Source of the DNA: Acidimicrobiia bacterium
Lineage (GTDB): Bacteria; Actinomycetota; Acidimicrobiia; Spongiisociales; ZC4RG35
NCBI GenBank assembly: GCA_029865445.1
Contig: JAOUGY010000003.1
Span: forward strand, 1-33,248
Length of the DNA stretch: 33,248 nt
Direction: 5' to 3'
This document shows, one piece after another, positions 1 through 7,268 of this stretch. The position numbers were made by a program, and so were the translations under genes. A model generated the notes under the pieces. The model was given only the letters and a program-made list of their open reading frames with translations. It had not been told where the DNA came from and did not search any database. Numbering within the stretch: the stretch's first letter is position 1; every line of letters begins with the position of its first letter.

Positions 1-1074
1 AAGGTGCTTCCACATCGGGCAGACCTGCCCTGGACTGCCCACGTTCGCGAGGTGCTGACAGGCGGGAAAGAGCTTCTCGGTCTGGCCGACGACGGTTGGT
101 TCTCGGTGGTGATGTCGACCCGACAACCCGCTGCCGGCGAGAACGTCGCCCACCTGGTTTCGCTGGAGGGCTGGCACGACATCCTGCCCAAGGGGAACGC
201 GCAGAACGCCAGCAGCAGGTCGATCGAGGCGAATCGGACGTACCGGATGATCTCGCTCGCCAGTTGGACGTTCACGTCCCTGGCCAACAGGGGCTCGTTC
301 GGTGAGCTGATGACTGCGATCGTCGACAAGCACAACGACGAGGACGGTGTCGACGACCCTCAGCGGGCACTGCTCAAGTCTGATCGTGAAATCGACACAT
401 CGACCGATGCCGGCGTAGCGTTCGACGACGCCGTACAGCACGGCTTCGTACCGCTCCGTTACGACATGCGCCACGGAGAGCAGAGCGTGGCGTGGTACCG
501 AGGTCCGCTCACGCCGGAGCCGGTGCCCAGAACAGTGGATCGGGCGCCGCTCCCGACCGCCGAGGCCGGGCTGATCTACCACGAGAACATGGCGATGTTC
601 GACACGTCCTATGCAGTTGCATGGCAGCTCGGACGGTTGCTCGCACTGTCGGACCCCGAGTTCTCCAACGCGCTGATGGAGTGGCGTCAGACCGGTCAAC
701 GCCGCGTCGACCGGATCCTCGCGCAGGAGGAAGCCATCGAACGCCACGCCGAGATCCAGACCTTCAAGCGTGCCGGAGAACTGGCGGCGAAGGTCACGGA
801 GTGGGTCCAGGAAGCCGACCGGCGGGATGCCTGGGCGGGGATCGAAGTGGCCGAGGGGGATGAGGCTGCAGCCGTGCTCGAGGAACGACGCCGATCCCTC
901 ATGGATGAGCTGAGGGCGTTCGTGTTGGAAAGTTGGGACCCGAACAGCCTGGCCACGGCCATCGGCACGTACGCCTCGGACGTGGTGCTCCGCGATCTCA
1001 CCGACCCAACCGATGGGGCGTTGGTCGCGGCGCCGGATCCAAAGCGACTACTCGGTGGTGAGGCGAATGTCTGA
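1..1074 (+). CDS. Uncharacterised protein, 5'-truncated by the window edge (first visible gene of the coupled operon)
   Basis: The frame is open from base 1 to TGA 1072-1074 and has GC-rich third positions. Conserved-looking blocks include AHLVSLEG, ISLASWTF, AWYRGPL and FDTSYAVAWQLGRLLALSD. The stop overlaps the next ATG (ATGTCTGA). Confidence 0.85.
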   Translation, partial: KVLPHRADLPWTAHVREVLTGGKELLGLADDGWFSVVMSTRQPAAGENVAHLVSLEGWHDILPKGNAQNASSRSIEANRTYRMISLASWTFTSLANRGSFGELMTAIVDKHNDEDGVDDPQRALLKSDREIDTSTDAGVAFDDAVQHGFVPLRYDMRHGEQSVAWYRGPLTPEPVPRTVDRAPLPTAEAGLIYHENMAMFDTSYAVAWQLGRLLALSDPEFSNALMEWRQTGQRRVDRILAQEEAIERHAEIQTFKRAGELAAKVTEWVQEADRRDAWAGIEVAEGDEAAAVLEERRRSLMDELRAFVLESWDPNSLATAIGTYASDVVLRDLTDPTDGALVAAPDPKRLLGGEANV

Positions 1075-1849
1075 CCTGACCCCGCTCGAACAGGCAGAAC
1101 AGGTTGGCGAAACGCTTGGTCTCACGGAACTCGCCGACGGTGCGGTTCCTCCCGCCGTCGAGAACTGGCTCGCCCGGTTGTCGCTTCTCTACGGGGTTCC
1201 GTTCGAGCATCTGGTGCCCGACGCCACGATGCTTCCGATCGAGTCGATCCGGTTCTTCTACATCGACGCAAATTGGATCGAGGCGATGGTCGACGGGGCG
1301 TTCAGCGTCGGCGTCCACTCCCAGCGAGATGTGCGATTCCACCGACTGCTCCGGCCGGCGGTCCGTCGAGCGACCCAGGTCGCAGCCGGCAAGCTCCGCC
1401 GAGACCTGCGGGGTGAAGCAACCACTCCGGAAGCGGCCGCCACCGACGTCCGGGTGCGAGGAGGTTTCCTGATGCGGTCGGAGATCGTCGCAGGATGGCC
1501 CGGTCTCGAAGTGGCGGGCTATGCGTCGTCCGACTCGTCCGGCACTCCGATCGAGATCCTTCGCCTCGATCGACTCGCCCCGGATCTCCTGTTGTGTATC
1601 TTCGCCGAGGTCCCGGTTCTCGTGGTCATCAACGAGCCGCCCGAAGGGCTGCACTTCGGGACGGGTGGAGTGTCCGTGGCCCCGGAGATGCGCCAGCCGG
1701 GTGGTCGAATCAACCTCTCCAGGTTGGCAAGGGCCATCGCAGGCGCCGACAACAGACAGCAATTGAGTGGGGCGGGCGAGCTTGCCGAAGAGATCGTGAA
1801 CTCGCCCTTGGCCCAGCATTTCGGACCGCCGCCGGGAGGTCAGAATTGA
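1067..1849 (+). CDS. Uncharacterised protein (260 aa)
   Basis: ATG at 1067 overlaps the upstream stop by 8 nt. Motif-like blocks are LLYGVPFEHLVPD, LPIESIRFFYIDANWIEAMVDGAFSVG, GFLMRSEIVAGWPGL and INEPPEGLHFG. No signal peptide. Confidence 0.85.
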   Translation: MSDLTPLEQAEQVGETLGLTELADGAVPPAVENWLARLSLLYGVPFEHLVPDATMLPIESIRFFYIDANWIEAMVDGAFSVGVHSQRDVRFHRLLRPAVRRATQVAAGKLRRDLRGEATTPEAAATDVRVRGGFLMRSEIVAGWPGLEVAGYASSDSSGTPIEILRLDRLAPDLLLCIFAEVPVLVVINEPPEGLHFGTGGVSVAPEMRQPGGRINLSRLARAIAGADNRQQLSGAGELAEEIVNSPLAQHFGPPPGGQN

Positions 1850-4800
1850 CTGCTCCCGCCAGTGTTCCGCTTCTCGTTCCGGTGAATGTCGAAGCGCTCG
1901 TCGTCAACGCCAACGACCGCCGAGCGACGAAATGGTCGGTATCGGCCCGTACCTACGCCGGCAAGGCGGAGCTGCTGCCGATCGAACCCCCGCCCTTCGC
2001 CACCGGCAACGACCGGCCCCGCGAAGGCGTCACTCTCCATTGGTTGGTGCCCGATGGGCTGACGGTGGGCCGATGGCACGACGTCGCCAACGGGACCGAA
2101 TTGAGGTATCCGTTCGTGCCCGACCGCTGGCTGGTGGTCCGCACGTGTGACGTGGACCACAGCCTGTTCACGAAGTCGTGGCTCGTGGAAAGCAATCATC
2201 TCGGGACCGACGGCACCAATCCGGTCCCCGGCGAGGAGAGCGACCGTCTCGGACGCGCCGTCGTACCGAACACGCTCTCCGAGGAGTCTGAACGAACCGT
2301 CGGAGTGACCGCCGCCGGGCCGGTGATCGACGGGCGGATGCCGGATCACGATCCGAGTTACGCCGCCGTGGCGGCCAAGGTCGACAACGTGTTGTCCTTC
2401 CACGACGACCTCTCAGATCTGACCGTCGCAGAGCCGGTCGTTCTGTCGTACGTCGTCGTCGGCTGGTACGACGACCCGTCGTCCGGCGACCCCATGGTCG
2501 ATCGGACCCGTCTGGGACGCGACCTCGCAGCGCTTGCCGACGGCCGGCTGAGTCTCGACGACTGGCGGACTGTCATGCGGGCCTTGGCCTGGTCGGTGGG
2601 CGACGACAACGACCTCCGCCAAGCGCAGCTCGACGCAACCGACGATCCGAGAGAGGCGCCCACCATCGTCCCGGATCACACGATCTGCCATGGGGCTGTT
2701 CACGGTGTGCGGTGGCTCGGAACCGACGGTCCGGCTCAACGGTTCACCGATGGGTCCGATAGCGCATTCGCAAAGATGGCGATCGCCAGCCGTGCCGGCG
2801 TGCCGCAACCGCCGGGCGGATCGGGCGGGCAATGGACACGCGGATTCGAGGACATCGACGACCCAGTGGACTTGGGAGAGTCGTCCGCACTTCGTCGACC
2901 CGGGGCGGCGAGTGGCCATCGCCGGCTGTTCCCGCACGTTGCCGTCGGCACCAGTGCGTCGGAGGCGACGGCGGCGCTGTTCGAGTTCCTCCTCGGCAAA
3001 GAGGAAGGCAGCAGTTCGCCGAGCGACCTCGCCACGCTGTTCCTGGCCCTCGAACACGACATGCTCGACGCCTATGAGCGACCGGGCGGGACCGCAGCGA
3101 TCACGCGCCGGCTCCACCAACAGAGCTTCGTGCCGTCTCCAGGCGGCACCAGATGGGATGTGCGCCTCCGCAGGGTCGCCGGTGACCCCGACGGTGCGGC
3201 GCCAGACGGCCGCGACCTGGTCCGGCAGTTGAGCGCTCTCGACGACCCGGTCGACGTCGAGACTCCGCTTCGCGCTCTCGACGACGCCCAACGCGGTCTG
3301 GAGGTCGCCGAGCAAGAGCTGGCGGCGAGCCGGCGTGAGCTCTACTCGGTCTGGTGGAAACACACACGGAGCGGGTCGACAGCCGCTACTCAGACCGACG
3401 CAGTGCAGGACACAACAACCAAGGCTGCAGCGGTCCGCACCAGGGAAGGCGAGCGTGACGTCGCACGGGTCGCGCTCGAGACGACCCTCGCATCCCAGGC
3501 AGTCAAGGATGCGCTGGCGCAGGTGCTCGCTGGTCAAGACGGTTCGGCAGACACCGAGCTCGAACTCGTCGAGGTGGCGGCGGCGAGGTACTTCGCCCCC
3601 GCCGACCCGGTGGTGGTGATATCCGGCGGACGGGCCTCGTCGAAACACGGAGGAGACGGCCGCTTCAGCGAAGACGGCACGCTGCTCGTCCGGTTCGGTC
3701 GGGGCCGGGTCGGAGCACGCGGGCAGACGCTCAGGTACGGGCGCCCCGGCTTGGCGATCGAACCCGATGACATCATCGATTGGCTGGTCCCGTGGCTGCA
3801 GACAGTGGACCGTGCTCCGGCTGCGGTGGGTGACCTGGTCGCCGAATCGCTGTTGCTCGACCCGTACCGGGCCGCCGACGTCTTCGCGCTGTCGGGTTCC
3901 GAACTCGGGGTCGAAGGTCCCGAGTACGACTTCGAAGACGACCTGGCGGACCTGTGGGACGGTCCCGATGAGGAGCGGTACTCGGTCGCCGCAGTGACGA
4001 GAGCCGCAGGCTTCGCCGGCGTGCGGCCGTCCCCGGTGGCCTTCGAGGCCTGGTCTCAGCCGTGGCGTCCGATTCACCTCGCCTGGCGCACGACCTGGTA
4101 TCCGTCGTCAACGGTCGAGTCGGGATCGTTCGCGGATTGGTCGTTCGATGGCGACGAGTACGACTGGATTGGCCTCAGCGAATTCGACCACTCGAATTCG
4201 GTGACACTTCAGGGCCGCTGCATGCTCGCCAACTCGGCGACGGTCGGTCTCGGATCGTCACTCGACGCCATCTACGAACGTGCGGAGAGCGCACCGGCCG
4301 ATCCGCAACAGAAAGACGCTGATCGCATCAAACGTCAGGAAGATCTGGCGGCGTTGAAGGCGAAACTCGACCGGGTGCGGCGCCGGCTCGGCTCGGCCGA
4401 TCTCATGACCCAGGCATTGTCGGGCTTCCACGCTCAGCTCGTCCAGCGCGATCCAGACCAGTTCATCGAACCCGACCCTCCCCTCGAAGACAGTGCAGAC
4501 CGCAATCTCCTTGGTGACGCCGATCGGGCAGCTCCGCGTCCCTATGGCTCGACCGCCGACACGTTGTTCTTCCCGGTGCGCGCTGGACACGCCCGGGTGC
4601 GGCGCCTGTGGCTCGTCGACGGCTTCGGTCAGGTGTTTGATCTCATCCACGAGCAAGGACTCAACGAAGCCTCCTACGCGCCGCTCCGGGGCAAGGGCCT
4701 CGTCACTGCCGGGCTGAGCCAGCGTTCGGACACCCAGATGCTTCAGTTCCCGCCGCGGCTCGTGCAACCGAGCCGCCTCGAGTTCCGGTTCGGCGACGCC

Positions 4801-5820
4801 GAGCCGGTGGCCGGATGGTTGCTTCCCAACCACTTCGACGGCTCGTTGATGGTGTACGACGGCTCCGGCGCCTCGCTCGGCGCACTGCTTCTGTGGCGGT
4901 CGTCCGGAACCCGTCAGGTCCGGTGGGAACAGGCACCGGGAGGAGCAGGGGGTGTGACCGGAACCGACGTCATCGGCAACCAACGGCTGAAAGCCGTGGT
5001 GAAGGCTCTCGAGGCGATGAACTTTGAGGGCTTCACCGGGTTCATCCAGGCGGTCGATCGGACGCTGTGGACGACCGATCCCGCCGGACGAAGGGGCGAC
5101 AGCACCACCGTCCTCGTAGGTCGCCCGATCGCTGTCGTGGGAGCCCACTTGGCAGTGGAGCTCGACGGTCCCACATTGCTCGATCAAACGTGGGACAAGA
5201 TCGGTGCCCCCGCGTCCGGTCGACAGGGCGATGTGCCCGGCTTGGAGGCAGCGGTGCGGCTCGGTCTTCCGGACGCCCGAGAAGACGGGACGCTCGGCTA
5301 CTTCCTCACCGGCGACGACCGGTTCCACAGCGTGCTCTCGAAGGTCGACACGGCGTCGACCGCCATCGTCGAGTCCGACCGGGAGTTTTGGCCGAGGGCG
5401 CCGATTCGCGTCTCCGGTGTGGCTGATCCGGCGCCTAAAGACATCACCTTGCTGGTCGATCCGCGGGGAACGATCACGGCGTCGACGGGACTCCAGCCCG
5501 CCAAGACGCTCCAGTTGCCGCGATCGTTCGTCGACGGCCCGCTGGCGAAGCTCGATGCCTCGTTCCGTGTGGGGCCGCTGTTGTCCGGTCGCTCGGTGCG
5601 GATGCCGCTGCCCGCCGACATCGCCGGCGGCTGGTCCTGGCTGGAGAAATCGGCCGTCACCATCACCAACAACCAGCTGACCGAGACGTGGAGCGCTCCA
5701 GCCGAAATCGAAGCGGCAGCCCTTTCAGCTCATCTCAACGCTCCACCGACGCGACTCCGGGAAGGGTGGCTTCGTCTCAGTCAGGTCGTCGATCGCCCCC
5801 AGGAAGGACCAACACCATGA
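1846..5820 (+). CDS. Large uncharacterised protein (~1324 aa) with internal coiled-coil segments
   Basis: TTG start at 1846 overlaps the upstream TGA (TTGA) and follows SD GGGAGGT at 1834-1840, so the ORF-track start at 1495 is unlikely. Blocks include GVTLHWLVPDGLTVG, PFVPDRWLVVR, YFAPADPVVVISG, WSQPWRPIHLAW, LWLVDGFGQ, FPPRLVQPSRL and LLVDPRG. Helical heptad segments are LRALDDAQRGLEVAEQELAASRRELY and RQEDLAALKAKLDRVRRRL. Confidence 0.88.
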   Translation: MTAPASVPLLVPVNVEALVVNANDRRATKWSVSARTYAGKAELLPIEPPPFATGNDRPREGVTLHWLVPDGLTVGRWHDVANGTELRYPFVPDRWLVVRTCDVDHSLFTKSWLVESNHLGTDGTNPVPGEESDRLGRAVVPNTLSEESERTVGVTAAGPVIDGRMPDHDPSYAAVAAKVDNVLSFHDDLSDLTVAEPVVLSYVVVGWYDDPSSGDPMVDRTRLGRDLAALADGRLSLDDWRTVMRALAWSVGDDNDLRQAQLDATDDPREAPTIVPDHTICHGAVHGVRWLGTDGPAQRFTDGSDSAFAKMAIASRAGVPQPPGGSGGQWTRGFEDIDDPVDLGESSALRRPGAASGHRRLFPHVAVGTSASEATAALFEFLLGKEEGSSSPSDLATLFLALEHDMLDAYERPGGTAAITRRLHQQSFVPSPGGTRWDVRLRRVAGDPDGAAPDGRDLVRQLSALDDPVDVETPLRALDDAQRGLEVAEQELAASRRELYSVWWKHTRSGSTAATQTDAVQDTTTKAAAVRTREGERDVARVALETTLASQAVKDALAQVLAGQDGSADTELELVEVAAARYFAPADPVVVISGGRASSKHGGDGRFSEDGTLLVRFGRGRVGARGQTLRYGRPGLAIEPDDIIDWLVPWLQTVDRAPAAVGDLVAESLLLDPYRAADVFALSGSELGVEGPEYDFEDDLADLWDGPDEERYSVAAVTRAAGFAGVRPSPVAFEAWSQPWRPIHLAWRTTWYPSSTVESGSFADWSFDGDEYDWIGLSEFDHSNSVTLQGRCMLANSATVGLGSSLDAIYERAESAPADPQQKDADRIKRQEDLAALKAKLDRVRRRLGSADLMTQALSGFHAQLVQRDPDQFIEPDPPLEDSADRNLLGDADRAAPRPYGSTADTLFFPVRAGHARVRRLWLVDGFGQVFDLIHEQGLNEASYAPLRGKGLVTAGLSQRSDTQMLQFPPRLVQPSRLEFRFGDAEPVAGWLLPNHFDGSLMVYDGSGASLGALLLWRSSGTRQVRWEQAPGGAGGVTGTDVIGNQRLKAVVKALEAMNFEGFTGFIQAVDRTLWTTDPAGRRGDSTTVLVGRPIAVVGAHLAVELDGPTLLDQTWDKIGAPASGRQGDVPGLEAAVRLGLPDAREDGTLGYFLTGDDRFHSVLSKVDTASTAIVESDREFWPRAPIRVSGVADPAPKDITLLVDPRGTITASTGLQPAKTLQLPRSFVDGPLAKLDASFRVGPLLSGRSVRMPLPADIAGGWSWLEKSAVTITNNQLTETWSAPAEIEAAALSAHLNAPPTRLREGWLRLSQVVDRPQEGPTP

Positions 5821-7268
5821 ACTACTCGATTCAACCGCCCGATGACGTGATCGAGGCGAGTTTCAGCACCGAACCCGATGACGTGAGTGTGGCATCGATC
5901 CGGATCGAGGCGTCCAAGGGATCCGAGACGATCGACGATCTGACCAGGATCGAGTTCCGGTTACCTCTGTCGCTGACGACCAACGCCGGGAGTGTGACGC
6001 CGCAGGCCCAGAGGTTCGCCGATTGGGAGATGAACGTCGCGACGGACGCCGACGGGTGGGTGTTCGTGGCGAAACCGCGGCGGTCTCCCCAGGGTGAGTC
6101 CTGGGTGTTCTTCCTCCGTGATGTGGAGGTTTCGACTGGGGCGGGTTCGACGCACGTGAAGGTCACTGAAGTCCGCGGTGGCACCGCAGGAAGGCCGGTG
6201 GAGCTCCCGATCCGGAAGGTCGATCCGACGCTGCGGATCGACTACTTCTACGTCACGGCAGATCCCGCCAGTGTGAGCGACGATCTGGCCGTCCCGTCTG
6301 TTGCGGACGCGAGGATCACGTCCGGGCAAAGTGCGTTTCTGACCTGGGCCACCACGGCGGCGACGTCTGTGTCGCTTCACGGGCCGGCCATCGCCGGGAT
6401 GCCCGCCACTGGTGGTCTCCTGCCCGCTGGGAGCGACGACGCCACGATCAAGGTCAATCCGACAACAACCAGCACCTACACCCTCGTCGCTTCGAACGCG
6501 TCCGCCCACGCCGTTGCGCAGGTCACCATCACCGTCACCGGTGGTGGCCCGATCGAAGCCACCTCGGTGGCGGTGTCCACGAACGACAACGGCAGAGACT
6601 CGATCAAGATCACAACGGACGCCGATGAGGCGCTCGTCCGCTTGAAACGACCAGCTGTCTCGAGGCCAAACGGCGTGTATCCGTTCATCGTGCTCGAAAC
6701 CGAGACCACGCTGTTCAAGCCCGTGGTGATCGATGTACGACAACGCACGCCGCCGCCCCGGCAGGGTCAAGCTCCGGAAGAGGCGAACAACGTCCTATTC
6801 ATCTCATACTCCCGCCAGGTGAATCCGTATGCCGGTGCGTGGCTCGACGCCAACTACGACTGGCAGAAACCATCTGACGCCGCCGTCAAACGCGATGTTC
6901 AGGAACTGGATGGGACGCTCGAGGCATTGATGCAGATGACACCGGTCGCGTTCAAGTGGAAGGACGGGGCCACGGGTGAAGTGCGCCAATTCGGATTCGT
7001 CGCACAGGAGGTCGAGGGCGTGCTGCCAGAGCTCGTCGGACGCATGCCTACATCGGACGGATCCGAGGGCCATAGATCCATGGCCTACTCGCCGATCGAT
7101 GCAGTGACCGTTGGCGCTATTCAGGAGCTCAAGCGGGCGACGGATCAGCGTCTGGCCCAAATCGAGGCCACGATCGAAGTGCTATCTCGCGCCGTTTCCG
7201 ATCTGGCCGATCGACTCCCGCGAGGCTCCTCAGATCGACCGTTGGACACCGGAGCCGGGTCCCCATGA
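5817..7268 (+). CDS. Tail-fibre-like protein with Ig-like region and C-terminal intramolecular chaperone autoprocessing domain (Peptidase_S74)
   Basis: ATGA overlap at 5817-5820, with an upstream AGGAAGGA SD. The C-terminus PSDAAVKRDV...LMQMTPVAFKWK...FGFVAQEVEGVLPELV...MAYSPIDAVTVGAIQELK plus a coiled coil matches the S74 pattern (SDxxxK, GFIAQEV, AIQEL). The middle region (LTWATTAATSV...TTTSTYTLVASN...QVTITV) is Ig/PKD-like. Confidence 0.85.
   Translation: MNYSIQPPDDVIEASFSTEPDDVSVASIRIEASKGSETIDDLTRIEFRLPLSLTTNAGSVTPQAQRFADWEMNVATDADGWVFVAKPRRSPQGESWVFFLRDVEVSTGAGSTHVKVTEVRGGTAGRPVELPIRKVDPTLRIDYFYVTADPASVSDDLAVPSVADARITSGQSAFLTWATTAATSVSLHGPAIAGMPATGGLLPAGSDDATIKVNPTTTSTYTLVASNASAHAVAQVTITVTGGGPIEATSVAVSTNDNGRDSIKITTDADEALVRLKRPAVSRPNGVYPFIVLETETTLFKPVVIDVRQRTPPPRQGQAPEEANNVLFISYSRQVNPYAGAWLDANYDWQKPSDAAVKRDVQELDGTLEALMQMTPVAFKWKDGATGEVRQFGFVAQEVEGVLPELVGRMPTSDGSEGHRSMAYSPIDAVTVGAIQELKRATDQRLAQIEATIEVLSRAVSDLADRLPRGSSDRPLDTGAGSP

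Noticed and set aside
1495-1845. N-terminal 117 aa of the 1441-aa ORF-track call
   Set aside because: It overlaps the preceding gene and is Arg-rich shadow sequence. A coupled TTG with a strong SD at 1846 is a better start.
2413-4077. 554-aa antisense ORF (and similar long antisense ORFs at 4258-5328, 8258-9532 and 14463-16256)
   Set aside because: These are antisense shadows of well-supported genes. They are expected in high-GC DNA and have no family motifs.
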